Of a stretch of DNA of 48,005 bases, positions 1 through 18,507 are shown piece by piece (the stretch's first letter is position 1; each line of letters opens with the position of its first letter). Location: contig JALOQD010000001.1 of NCBI GenBank assembly GCA_025453525.1, positions 1-48,005 of the forward strand. The letters are read 5' to 3'. The notes beneath the pieces were generated by a model. That model had not been told where the DNA came from. It saw only the letters and a program-made list of their open reading frames with translations, and did no database searches. The translations under genes and the position numbers were made by a program. The stretch comes from Myxococcota bacterium (GTDB lineage: Bacteria > Myxococcota_A > Polyangia > JAAYKL01).

Positions 1-93
1 TCTTCTTCGCCTTCATCGAGACCTCACTCCCTTTTCAAGCGCCGGTGTTCCGGCAGGGCCCACGTCGTCCAAAATCCTGCTCGAGCTGCAATT

Positions 94-1905
94 TTGCGCT
101 CTCACAGTACTAGTTGCGGCGGAAGCACAAAAAAACTTAAGGGGGCGTTTGCGAATATTTTTTTGGAGGCCATACTCTGTCGCCCTGTGGTCACCTCCAT
201 ACACAGCACACCTGTCTCCCCGACGATTTCAAAGCTCGTCAAAAGACACGCCCCCACATTGCTCGGCGCGAGTGCCTGTCTCGGCGTCACGGCTGTCGCG
301 ACCGCGGCGTACGCTTATCTCGTCGGGCCTGTGCTGCGAGCCCTGTTCGCCCCGCATTCGAGCTCACTGGGAAGCTTCGAAGGTCCCCTATCTCTTTTGT
401 CGCAAAAAATCGCGCAGCTCGGCCCAGCGGCTCTCGGTGTCTTGGTGGTCGCAGTCGCAGCCGTCAAGGGTCTATCCCACTATGGGCACGTCATGCTCAG
501 CGCCACGGCCGGCCAGTCCGCCCTTTTGAGCTTGCGAAACAGCGCGTACGCAGGGCTCCTAGCACAGAGCCCAGTGGACGCTCTCAGCCGAGCCCGGGGT
601 GAGCTTTCGGCTCGATTTACGGTGGACATTGAAGCCGTCGAGGGCGCGCTCACCGGCGGCATCGTGGCGCTGATCCGCGACAGCCTGCAAATCGCAGTGC
701 TCGTGGCCTTGGCCGTGGCGCTCGATCCTTCGCTCGCCCTCGTAGGCCTTGTGGCCTTTCCTCCGACTGCGTGGCTCATCACCCGTCTAGCAGGCCGTTT
801 GCGCCGTCGGCGGAGCGAGGTCCATGACGCTTTCGGGCAGCTCGCCGAAGCCGTGGACGAAACCGCGGCCGGACTGGAGGTCGTCAAGGCCTTTTCGGCA
901 CAGGAGCTCATGAAAGGGCGCTTTGCCTCCTTGAGCCAAAGGCTCTCGAGCCGCACCCTGTCGGCCTTTCGCCTCAAGTCCCTCAGCTCGCCGTTGAGCG
1001 AGATTCTCGCTGGCGGCGCTTTGGCGCTCACCCTCGCCTACGCCAGAGCCCGCATCGAGTCGGGCACGCTGAGCGCAGAGGCCTTCATTTCGTTTTTCAC
1101 TGCGCTGTTCCTCCTGTACCAACCGGTCAAGGGACTCTCGGCCGCTTTTTCGGCGCTGGAGAGCGGCAGGGCAGCGCTCTTGCGCCTGGCTCCACTCTTG
1201 GAGCTGGGCGGTGGAGACCCTGTCCACGCGACGCCCCAAGCGCCTCTCCAGTTCTCTGCCCTGGTCATCGAAGACCTTCACGCAGGCTACGGCGATGGCC
1301 CAGACGTGTTGCGGGGCGTGCACCTGACGCTCGTGCCTGGCGCGCGCGTGGCGCTGATGGGCGAGTCGGGATGTGGCAAGACCACCTTGCTCCGAGTGCT
1401 GCTCGGGTTTGTGGGACTGCGCAGCGGCGCCTTGCGTCTCGATGGAAAGCTCGTGGACGCTCGCCCCGAGCTCCTCGCGCGACTGTTTGCGCTGGTGCCC
1501 CAAGAGCCGTTCCTGCTGCGCGGCTCGATCCTCGAGAACGTGCGGCTAGGCAACAAAGCGGCAGATGATGAGGCCCTCGAACGCGCGTGCGAGCTGGCCG
1601 GAGTGACGGCCTTTGCCGCAGGCCTGCCCCAGGGTCTTTCCACGCAGGTCGGCAGAGACGGCTCGGAGCTGTCCGTAGGTCAAAGGCAGCGCGTGTGCTT
1701 AGCCAGGGCGCTGGCCAGCGGCGCGCCCATCTTGCTTCTCGACGAAGTCCAGGCTCCCCTCGATCCCAAGACAGAAAAAGAGATCAACGACCAACTCCTG
1801 GAGATCGGCGCCCACAGGGCCATCCTCGCCGTGACCCACAGGCCGAGCACCGCCGCCATTATGGACGAGGTGCTGCATCTGCGGGATGGTCACCTAAAAA
1901 GCTAG
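94..1905 (+). CDS. ABC exporter, fused transmembrane + ATPase domains (MsbA / type I exporter-like)
   Basis: This is the maximal ORF. It starts at TTG 94, and the frame stays open to the window edge. GTG at 187, about 23 codons before the first hydrophobic helix, is an alternative start. About 300 aa of hydrophobic helices are followed by an NBD with Walker A GESGCGKTT, Q-loop VPQEP, signature LSVGQRQR, Walker B ILLLDE and H-loop VTHR. Confidence 0.85.
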   Translation: MRSHSTSCGGSTKKLKGAFANIFLEAILCRPVVTSIHSTPVSPTISKLVKRHAPTLLGASACLGVTAVATAAYAYLVGPVLRALFAPHSSSLGSFEGPLSLLSQKIAQLGPAALGVLVVAVAAVKGLSHYGHVMLSATAGQSALLSLRNSAYAGLLAQSPVDALSRARGELSARFTVDIEAVEGALTGGIVALIRDSLQIAVLVALAVALDPSLALVGLVAFPPTAWLITRLAGRLRRRRSEVHDAFGQLAEAVDETAAGLEVVKAFSAQELMKGRFASLSQRLSSRTLSAFRLKSLSSPLSEILAGGALALTLAYARARIESGTLSAEAFISFFTALFLLYQPVKGLSAAFSALESGRAALLRLAPLLELGGGDPVHATPQAPLQFSALVIEDLHAGYGDGPDVLRGVHLTLVPGARVALMGESGCGKTTLLRVLLGFVGLRSGALRLDGKLVDARPELLARLFALVPQEPFLLRGSILENVRLGNKAADDEALERACELAGVTAFAAGLPQGLSTQVGRDGSELSVGQRQRVCLARALASGAPILLLDEVQAPLDPKTEKEINDQLLEIGAHRAILAVTHRPSTAAIMDEVLHLRDGHLKS

Positions 1906-1926
1906 TGGGCCGAGCAGAGCGTTTGC

Positions 1927-11232
<9,306 letters not shown>

Positions 11233-11524
11233 GGCCAGGTGACTCCTTCTATGGTCCGGCGCAGCTCTGCGCTCGCGCGGTACGTGCTATGTGTGGCCCG
11301 TTTGGGCCTTCTCCACGAAATAGACCTGATCTACCTCGTATTTTATTAGAGACTCCTAATTACTAAATTTATGAGCTCCGCGAGCAGTGGCACTAAACTT
11401 TTTTTGAATGAGCCACCTTTGTTGATTATTAAACTGAACAAATGATGAGCTTTGGTTCAGCCGCCACCCCCAGATTTGAGGCCTGCACTGGAAGCGTGGC
11501 CTTGGGGCCTGCGCTTGGGTTAAG
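11233..11524. promoter_or_regulatory. Divergent intergenic/promoter region between the mega-ORF and the ABC-2 permease
   Basis: 292 bp non-coding stretch. A conspicuously AT-rich core at about 11335-11445 (ttttattagagactcctaattactaaatttatg ... ttgattattaaactgaacaaatgatg) sits in otherwise GC-rich DNA. No specific -35/-10 boxes could be assigned. Confidence 0.35.
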
Positions 11525-12382
11525 ATGCTCGCCGTGCGCCAATACTCGGACACACGTTCCCCCTCTGCGCTCCGCATCACCCGAATTTGCCCGGGCGGAG
11601 ACAGCCTCGCCTTTCACCTGCGAGAGCTCGCCCGGTCCTTTGGCCTCGTGGCCCTGCTCATGCGCAAGGATCTGTTGCTGCGCTATCGAGACACCTACCT
11701 CGGGCTGGCGTGGGCTATCGTCCAACCCCTCGTCACAGTTCTGGTATTTTGGTTCGCCTTCGGCGTGATGGGAAAGATTCGAACCTCGGAGGCCTACCCG
11801 CTGTTCTCCATGGCAGGGCTCGTGCCCTTTGGGCTTTTGTCCGCGGTCGCCACGCGCACCGCGAGCTCGCTGTCGAGCAACGCGTATCTCGTCTCGAGGG
11901 TTTACTTTCCCCGTTTCGTGCTGCCCCTTTCATCCACCGCCGCACCGCTCCTGGACGCGGCGATTGGCTGCGCGCTGCTGCTGGCCATGGCGCTTGTCAG
12001 CCGGAACAGCCTGCCATGGTCGCTCTGCCTCGCTCCCCTCGCCCTCGTCCTCCCCTTGGCTCTCGGCCTCGGCCTCGGCCTCGTCGCAGCAGCCCTGTCC
12101 GTGACCGTGCGGGACGTGCGCGCTGCCCTGCCCGTGGCTCTGCAGCTCTTGCTCCTCGGCACGCCGGTTGCTTATCCGTCCGACGCCGTGCCCGAGCAGT
12201 TCGCGTTCATCGTCACGCTCAACCCGGCTTCCTGCGCCGTCGACCTGTTCCGCGCGAGCGTGCTCGGTCATTCGCCCGATCCCAGTCTCATCGCGCCGGC
12301 ACTCACTGCAACCATCCTCCTGTGGGCCGTGGGTCTACCCTTTTTCCATCGTGCAGCGCGCAGTTGCGCCGACACGTTGTAG
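11525..12382 (+). CDS. ABC-2 type transporter permease (Wzm/TagG/KpsM-like)
   Basis: ATG at 11525. The N-terminal motif MRKDLLLRYRDTYLGLAWAIVQPL is typical of ABC-2 permeases, and six hydrophobic segments follow. The stop lies 2 nt before the ATPase start. Confidence 0.8.
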   Translation: MLAVRQYSDTRSPSALRITRICPGGDSLAFHLRELARSFGLVALLMRKDLLLRYRDTYLGLAWAIVQPLVTVLVFWFAFGVMGKIRTSEAYPLFSMAGLVPFGLLSAVATRTASSLSSNAYLVSRVYFPRFVLPLSSTAAPLLDAAIGCALLLAMALVSRNSLPWSLCLAPLALVLPLALGLGLGLVAAALSVTVRDVRAALPVALQLLLLGTPVAYPSDAVPEQFAFIVTLNPASCAVDLFRASVLGHSPDPSLIAPALTATILLWAVGLPFFHRAARSCADTL

Positions 12383-12384
12383 CC

Positions 12385-13158
12385 ATGACCTGTGAACAAA
12401 ACACGACCCACCCCATCCTCGACGTCCGCAATCTGCGGAAGACCTACCGCTTGGGCAGACCGAGCCTCAGAGGGCTCTTGCGCCTTTCCTCTCGTAAAGA
12501 ACGAGAAATGGTCATCGCCCTCGACAACTTGAGCTTTGCTGTCTTGGCCGGCCAGGCCGTGGGTCTCGTCGGTTGCAACGGCTCGGGCAAGACCACCTTG
12601 CTCAAGATCCTCGCGCGCATCACCGTGCCCACGAGCGGAGAAGCGATCCTGCGTGGTGAAGTGGGCGCGCTCCTCGATGTCGCGGCGGGCTTTCACGACG
12701 AGCTCACGGGACGGGAAAACGCCGAGCTGGCAGCCGCGATCCACGGCCGGCGCTTGTCGCGCGCCGACATTGAAGCGATAGGCGCCATGGCCCAGGTGGA
12801 GAGATTCCTCGACACGCCCATGCGCCGCTATTCCATGGGCATGTTCCAGCGCCTGGGCATCGCCACCGCGGCCCGCACCAAAGCGCAGTTGCTCCTGGTC
12901 GACGAGTCGTTCTCCGCCGTGGACGGGGCGTTTCGTTCTTTTGGACTGCGAGCGCTGCGGCGTACAGTCGACCACGGCGGCGCCATGCTCCTGGTGTCGC
13001 ACCAGCTCGATCTCATCGAGCAGAACACCGAGCGTTGCCTATGGCTCGAGCGCGGTCGCCTACAGCTGGACGGCTCGACGACCGAAGTGCTCGCCGCGTA
13101 TCGCGAGCACCTGCGCACAAGTGAGCCAGAGGACCGCGATGGTGTGGAAGAACCGTAG
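12385..13158 (+). CDS. ABC transporter ATP-binding protein (Wzt/TagH/KpsT-like)
   Basis: ATG at 12385 (MTCEQNTTHPILDV) is in frame with the track ORF 11587..13158. Motifs are Walker A GCNGSGKTT, GFHDELTGRENA, signature-like YSMGMFQRL, Walker B LLLVDES and H-loop VSHQ. Confidence 0.9.
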   Translation: MTCEQNTTHPILDVRNLRKTYRLGRPSLRGLLRLSSRKEREMVIALDNLSFAVLAGQAVGLVGCNGSGKTTLLKILARITVPTSGEAILRGEVGALLDVAAGFHDELTGRENAELAAAIHGRRLSRADIEAIGAMAQVERFLDTPMRRYSMGMFQRLGIATAARTKAQLLLVDESFSAVDGAFRSFGLRALRRTVDHGGAMLLVSHQLDLIEQNTERCLWLERGRLQLDGSTTEVLAAYREHLRTSEPEDRDGVEEP

Positions 13159-13167
13159 GAAAAGGTC

Positions 13168-14403
13168 TCAGCCGCCGAAGATCGACTTGCAACACAGCCG
13201 GAAGTCGCCACACAGGGTGCTCATCTCCGGGGTGTAGCCGAACGGACACGCTGTGAGGATGTCGGTGGGACTGCTCAAATCGCTGATGTCCACGCAGACG
13301 CCACCTTCCTTGGCGCAGTTGTTATAGGGGGACAGCTTGGTGCAGCACGTCGACTCCCCACCAAAAACTCCCGACGGGCAGCGCCCGCCTGGGTTGGCCT
13401 CGGTGTTGTCGGCGCAATTGCCGAGCCAGTCATTGTCGCACGTCCCACCGAGTCCTGATTCGCAGTCCTTGCGAATGTCCTCGCAGCACCTCACGCCGGC
13501 GCTCGGACAATAGAAGTCGACCCGCTGCTGCTCGTACTTTCCGCACACAGCTTCGCAAGAAAACAGGGAGCCTTGTTTGTTGCAGCTCTCAAGGGGCAAA
13601 ACGCCGGTATCGGTGTCGGAAGGATCCGTATCGACGCTCTTGGTAGGCTGACAGCAGACCTCGTCTTTGCGAGAGCACGAATAGTCGTAGTTGCGCACGC
13701 CCACGGGTGGATTCTTGCCCTTGGAGCATGTGTTCTCACCAGAGAACGTCACGCAGCCCCAGGGGCAAGCTGGGCGCAGACAGCACGACTGTCCGAAGCC
13801 ATCGCAGGCGAGGTCGACCTCGGTCTCGTCATCATCGCATTCGTAGAACAGCGGTGGGATGCAGGTGCCGCCGAGCTGGGCGCATGTGGGCGCCGGTCCG
13901 GCCGGATCCTCACAACAGACCCACTTGGCGTTGTTGCAAAAAAACTTGTTGTTCTGAATCAGGCCTTGGCCGCACGACGTCTGGCAGCTCATGGCCGGTT
14001 GCTGGTTGCACGGCTGCTTGATACCGCCCTTGGCGTTCGGCGGCTGGCAGCAAATGTATCCCTCGTTGCCGCAGGTGAAGTTGGCGTTGTGGAAGGAATC
14101 CTCCACGTCAGCCTGATTGCAGGCGCTCGGACCGGTCAGTGGAACGCATTGCCAAGAGCAGTCTCCATCCTCCAGGGTATCGACCGTATCCTCCAGGGTA
14201 TCGACCGTATCCTCGATGGCGCTCTGAGTTTCCCCTGTCTCCCCTGTGTCCTGGCCGATCGTGCTGAGCTGCGTATCCGTATCGAGGCTCGTCGGGCCCT
14301 GCGTCGACGATGCTTCTGTATCTGCCGCAGGAAGCAAAGGCATGGGATCGACGCTGCATCCGAGCATCAACATCGTCGCGAGGCAGAGTGCTTTTCTAAA
14401 CAT
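13168..14403 (-). CDS. Cys-rich secreted lipoprotein built from seven 6-Cys modules
   Basis: Internal ATG 14403 is preceded by SD AAGGAGG. The signal and lipobox are MFRKALCLATMLMLGC, followed by a Thr/Asp/Glu tether and then seven modules that each end in CC (CCQP, CCED, CCLRP, CCQP, CCED, CCTK, CCKS). The track ORF extension to 14757 has no SD and runs into the divergent gene's upstream region. Confidence 0.75.
   Translation of the reverse strand: MFRKALCLATMLMLGCSVDPMPLLPAADTEASSTQGPTSLDTDTQLSTIGQDTGETGETQSAIEDTVDTLEDTVDTLEDGDCSWQCVPLTGPSACNQADVEDSFHNANFTCGNEGYICCQPPNAKGGIKQPCNQQPAMSCQTSCGQGLIQNNKFFCNNAKWVCCEDPAGPAPTCAQLGGTCIPPLFYECDDDETEVDLACDGFGQSCCLRPACPWGCVTFSGENTCSKGKNPPVGVRNYDYSCSRKDEVCCQPTKSVDTDPSDTDTGVLPLESCNKQGSLFSCEAVCGKYEQQRVDFYCPSAGVRCCEDIRKDCESGLGGTCDNDWLGNCADNTEANPGGRCPSGVFGGESTCCTKLSPYNNCAKEGGVCVDISDLSSPTDILTACPFGYTPEMSTLCGDFRLCCKSIFGG
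14169..14210 (-). repeat. Perfect 21-bp tandem duplication (2 copies plus a partial third) inside the lipoprotein tether
   Basis: cctccagggtatcgaccgtat occurs at 14169-14189 and again at 14190-14210. It encodes (TVDTLED)x2 in frame. Confidence 0.9.
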
Positions 14404-14557
14404 GGCTTTCCTCCTTGAAAATCCCGTCACCCCGGACACCCTTATATCATATGTGCGAGAGCCCATGCCGCATAAAAAAACAGGGGTTCTTATCAACGAC
14501 CAAAAACTGCGAAGGCAACGGCCCCAAGGAACGAACAAGAAGGAGACTCGGTATTCC

Positions 14558-15508
14558 ATGGCGATGGAGATTCGATATTCAGGAAGTCCCGTGCGGCTCG
14601 GTGGACCGCGGCGGCCGGCCTGGCCATGGGCGATGGGAGCCGGCGCAGGTGTGGTGGTCGTTGTCGGGCTACTGATCTGGTTTAAAAGCACGCCCCCCCC
14701 CTCTTCTCCTGAAAGGGGCGAGTCGACCACCCAATGTAAAATCGAGGCTGACTGCAAGGCTCGTCACCTCTGTCTCGAGGGCGGATGCGCGCCGCTCTTG
14801 TCGAGCCAGGATCCGATTGTTTGGCACGCGGATCTCAAGGGGCAAAAAGCCGCTGGACCGACCTGGAAGCCGCCATTCGAACCCGGTGAAGCCTTGCCGG
14901 CCGCCACTTCTTGTCCCGCGCCTCAGGGCGAGATCGTAGCTGCCGAGCCAGGCAGGGTACGCCACCTATTCGAGTCCACCGTGTACGAAATCAGGCAGGA
15001 CGCTATTCTCATCCACAAATACACCAAAGCGATGGGTTCGATATGGGTGGACAACATCGACTTCAGTTTTCCAGGTCGACTCAAGATCGACCCTGTCGAC
15101 GTCTGCGCCGGACCCAGCGTCGCCCATGTGGCCGTGTTCCAGGGAGCGAGCGAGTCCGTGCCAAGTCGAGTGCTCTGCTTGCTGCGTCAAGCCGTGCCTT
15201 CGGACACCATGACCTCAGCCGCGATCTCTGTCCGGTTTGCGCCGCCGAACGCCTCGGCCGATGGCATGCGCACGCTGGTCATTCCCCTTGTGCCGAGCGT
15301 CGCGGCAGGCAAGCAGGTCACGGTCATCGCCCTGCCTCTGGGAGCGCATATCGAAGCGCTGCAAGGTCCAGCGCCGAAAGCGCAGCGCCTTCTGCGCGGC
15401 TTTTTTGCCTACTACTTCCACCACGGCGCCGCAAGCCAGATCGCGATCACCTACCGTCTGAATCAGCCGACTCGAGGGGAGCTCGATATCCCAACGGTCA
15501 GGCCCTAA
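14558..15508 (+). CDS. Hypothetical membrane-anchored protein (single N-terminal TM helix)
   Basis: ATG 14558 has SD AAGGAGA about 11 nt upstream. The TM segment is WAMGAGAGVVVVVGLLIWF, followed by a short CKIEADCKARHLCLEGGC knot and about 230 aa with no motif I recognise. The gene is divergent from the Cys-rich lipoprotein. Confidence 0.55.
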   Translation: MAMEIRYSGSPVRLGGPRRPAWPWAMGAGAGVVVVVGLLIWFKSTPPPSSPERGESTTQCKIEADCKARHLCLEGGCAPLLSSQDPIVWHADLKGQKAAGPTWKPPFEPGEALPAATSCPAPQGEIVAAEPGRVRHLFESTVYEIRQDAILIHKYTKAMGSIWVDNIDFSFPGRLKIDPVDVCAGPSVAHVAVFQGASESVPSRVLCLLRQAVPSDTMTSAAISVRFAPPNASADGMRTLVIPLVPSVAAGKQVTVIALPLGAHIEALQGPAPKAQRLLRGFFAYYFHHGAASQIAITYRLNQPTRGELDIPTVRP

Positions 15509-15517
15509 AAGGTCGAC

Positions 15518-16126
15518 TCAAATAGCCGGAGGTCTCGATCTGGGACTCCACTGAATTCCCACATCGACATCGCACAAGGAGAGTCGGCGCACGAGCACGA
15601 GCCCTTGTGTTTCGTAGTCGTCCAAGGCCGCCTCGAACAGCCCTGGGTGGTAACAGTCTGGATAGGCCCAGATGTCGCGCAACTCGACAACGGCTTCATT
15701 GGGGCCGCTATGCGCCAACCGGACATTCGCGCCGCTCACCATGGAGTATGCCCTCGTCACCAGGGGCAGCGCGCTCTCGAAACGCCGACCGGCAATGGCG
15801 AATAGCGCCTTTCCCGCCATGGAGCGGCGAATGGCGAAGAAGGCCCTGCGACCCATGAAGCACATAGCCTTGCGCTGCGGCATGTGCGGGAACGCGAGAG
15901 ACGCGGCCCGAGGTAAAAGCTCGAGCAGCTCGTGGATCGGATAGTCCGCAAAGGCCATATAGGGCCCGATTCTCGCTTCGGCACGCCCGCAACTCTCGAC
16001 GACGACCTCTGCGATGGACTCGAGAACCATGCCCTTGACTGTCCTGTCTCGCGGCGCATGCGCGAGCCGCTCCTCGGTATCTAAAGGCGCGAACATGTCT
16101 GGGGGAAAAAATCCTGTCAGTGTCAT
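15518..16126 (-). CDS. Hypothetical protein, tentatively DUF2378 (myxobacterial paralogous family TIGR02265)-like
   Basis: 202-aa ORF whose ATG overlaps the helicase stop (ATGA at 16123-16126). The family assignment rests on recollection of size and general pattern only and was not verified. Confidence 0.5.
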   Translation of the reverse strand: MTLTGFFPPDMFAPLDTEERLAHAPRDRTVKGMVLESIAEVVVESCGRAEARIGPYMAFADYPIHELLELLPRAASLAFPHMPQRKAMCFMGRRAFFAIRRSMAGKALFAIAGRRFESALPLVTRAYSMVSGANVRLAHSGPNEAVVELRDIWAYPDCYHPGLFEAALDDYETQGLVLVRRLSLCDVDVGIQWSPRSRPPAI

Positions 16127-18507
16127 CCAGATATCATGTCCCCAGCTCGTGAATGCGCCACCTCATGTGGCCATAGGAGCGATTCCCAGTGCCGGCGCAG
16201 TCTGGCTTCCAAATCGGTCTGCGAGGTCACCACGCACGCCGAGCCGAGCGACCGTGGCAAGAGGTGGCGGATGCGCTCCGTGGCAAATCTATCGTCGATA
16301 AGAAGCGCGAATCCCGCGTCGGATTCCGTGCGGATGACTCTGCCTGCCGCTTGCACAACCTTCGTCAGCGCTGGACACAGGTAGGCGTATTCATCCCCCT
16401 TTCCATCGCTCGCATCGAAAGCCTCGCGGATCGCCTCTCGCCTTTCGTCCGGAGGCGGCAGCCCCAGGCCCACTATCACGACGCCGAGCAGTCTGTCGCC
16501 AGGCAGGTCAATGGCCTCTGCAAAAGTCCCTCCGAGCACGGCTAGACCGACGAAGCTCCTCGTGTCCCGGGGTCCGAGTCGGGCCAGAAACGCCGCATTG
16601 TCCTGCGGGCTAGCCCCGCGCTTTTGCGCGGCGATATCCAGGTGTGGCGCCACCGTTCCGAGGATCGGCGCCACGGTCTCTAGGTACTCGTAGGATGGAA
16701 AGAAAGCCAGGTAGCACCCGATCCGAGACGAAGCGGCCCGGGCGATGAGGTCTGCGACCTTGGGTGCCGAAGCCCTCCTGTGACGAAAACGCGCCGAGAC
16801 CCTCCCGGCCACGAGCGCGGCGAATCGCTCCTTGGGAAAGGGCGACGCAAGGGCGAGACGCGGGTCCTGCGGCCGCCCTCCCAAACACCGGTGATAGTAT
16901 TCGAGGGGCGACAGGGTTGCCGAAAGCAGCACCGCGCTGGCGCCGGCTTCATCTAGCACAGCCCTGAGCCGCGGGGCTGGGTCTGTGCAAAACAGGCAGA
17001 GCTCCTCTTCGCTCCCCAACCACACATCGGCGGGGGCGGGTCGTTCGAGAAGCCGCAGCACGCTGCGGCACTCGGCGTGGACACCGAGGAGCGCCTCGAT
17101 GTCGACCGCACTCGGTCCTTGCGCAAAGGCAGTGTGAACCTGCTCCACAAAGGACGTCGCTGCCCGCACGAGCGACTTGAGCGATGCCGCGCCTCGGTCA
17201 ATGGAAAGCCTCGGTCTGGCGCTGTCTCGCAATGCCGCGACGGCCCTCGCCAGCCTCGTCGCGCTGCGGTTCAGCTGTCGAGCCCCGCTCCCGAGTCGCT
17301 TCACCGCTGAAAGGATCGCCTCGGGACGCAAACTCGCGCTCCACATCCCCCGGCCGCGCTCCACGAGGTTATGGGCCTCATCCACTATGACCAAACGCCT
17401 TCGAGACGAGGTGAGCTCCGACAGTGCCACCCGTGGGTCGAACAGATACCCGTAGTCGCATACGACGACGTCCGCCCAAGGCACGAGCGCGAGACCGAGC
17501 AGATAGGGACACACGCAGGCGCTGGCCGCCACTGCCTCCACGGCGCTGCGATCTGCGCAGCCGGCCTCGAAGAGCGCCCGTCGCGCCATCGGCAACCGAT
17601 CCCACAACCCGCGCGCTCTTGAGCACTGCGAGGCCTGGCAGGTTCCAGCGCTCGCACAACAGAGCTCGCGAGCGCTCACGGTCAAGGATACGAGCTGTGC
17701 GCCCGCTGTTCGCCACCGCTCGAGCTCGGCCTCGGGCGAGGCGCGTCCCGACGTTTTGGCTGTGAGAAACACCACCTGCTCGATATGTCCATGGCCGAGA
17801 GCCTTGAGCCCGCCCATGAGCACGGCGGCCGTCTTGCCACTTCCGGTCGGGGCTTCGGCGAGCAAACGCATTTCTTGCCTGGCCGCGGCAAAAACAGCGC
17901 GAGAGAGCTCCCTCTGGCCTGGTCGAAACTCCCGCAGAGGTAGACCAAGGGCCCTTAGAGACACGTCGCGGCGCTCCCGATGCTCCAAAATCAATGACAA
18001 CCACTCGAGGTGGGAAAGAGCCGCGTCGAGGAGCCGCTGCTCGAGCCGCTCTCTCAGCAGAATCTCACGGGAGGTGCGCATGGAAAAACCCGGCACTCGC
18101 ACATAGGTGAGGTCGACCGCGACCTCGGACAGGTCCTTGTCGCGGGCGAGCATTGCCGCGTACAGTTCGGCCTGAGCCGCGTGCAAGGGCTCGCGCCTGG
18201 CTCCGAGAAACAGTGGGGGAGCGGTCGTGGCCTTGATCTCCTCGATCACCCAGCGGTCTTCCTCCCAAAAGGCCCCATCGGCGCGACCGGAGATCTGGAG
18301 CTCGAGGCCGCCCCTGGAGACGACCGTAGACAACGGAAGCTCGGCCTTGTATCCCGCCGGCCGCTTTGCTCTGACCGCGGCCGCAGCCAGATGACCCGCC
18401 GCGGCTCCTGCTGGCCCGAGACCCTGCCTGCTCTCGAGGTCACCACTGCGACAGGTCTTTTCCGCCAGCGCGCGGACCGAAATGGAAAAGCGGCGTCTTT
18501 CGGTCAT
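16123..18507 (-). CDS. XPD/DinG-family Fe-S DNA helicase with an N-terminal PD-(D/E)xK (Cas4/RecB-like) nuclease domain
   Basis: Start chosen at ATG 18507, which overlaps the upstream stop as ATGA.
- N-terminus: GRADG ... IEEIK (D...ExK).
- Helicase motifs: AEAPTGSGKT (I), VVCDYGYLFDP, VIVDEAHNL (DEAH), GTFAEAIDLPG, QAAGRVIRTESD (VI).
- Cys cluster between motifs I and II: LCCASAGTCQASQC ... ACVCPY. Confidence 0.85.
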   Translation of the reverse strand: MTERRRFSISVRALAEKTCRSGDLESRQGLGPAGAAAGHLAAAAVRAKRPAGYKAELPLSTVVSRGGLELQISGRADGAFWEEDRWVIEEIKATTAPPLFLGARREPLHAAQAELYAAMLARDKDLSEVAVDLTYVRVPGFSMRTSREILLRERLEQRLLDAALSHLEWLSLILEHRERRDVSLRALGLPLREFRPGQRELSRAVFAAARQEMRLLAEAPTGSGKTAAVLMGGLKALGHGHIEQVVFLTAKTSGRASPEAELERWRTAGAQLVSLTVSARELCCASAGTCQASQCSRARGLWDRLPMARRALFEAGCADRSAVEAVAASACVCPYLLGLALVPWADVVVCDYGYLFDPRVALSELTSSRRRLVIVDEAHNLVERGRGMWSASLRPEAILSAVKRLGSGARQLNRSATRLARAVAALRDSARPRLSIDRGAASLKSLVRAATSFVEQVHTAFAQGPSAVDIEALLGVHAECRSVLRLLERPAPADVWLGSEEELCLFCTDPAPRLRAVLDEAGASAVLLSATLSPLEYYHRCLGGRPQDPRLALASPFPKERFAALVAGRVSARFRHRRASAPKVADLIARAASSRIGCYLAFFPSYEYLETVAPILGTVAPHLDIAAQKRGASPQDNAAFLARLGPRDTRSFVGLAVLGGTFAEAIDLPGDRLLGVVIVGLGLPPPDERREAIREAFDASDGKGDEYAYLCPALTKVVQAAGRVIRTESDAGFALLIDDRFATERIRHLLPRSLGSACVVTSQTDLEARLRRHWESLLWPHEVAHSRAGDMISG

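Noticed and set aside
11587-12384. The 266-codon N-terminal extension of the ABC ATPase ORF (track ORF 11587-13158).
   Set aside because: It overlaps the permease gene in another frame and has Arg/Pro-rich nonsense-like composition. A clean ATG at 12385, 2 nt after the permease stop, begins a typical NBD.
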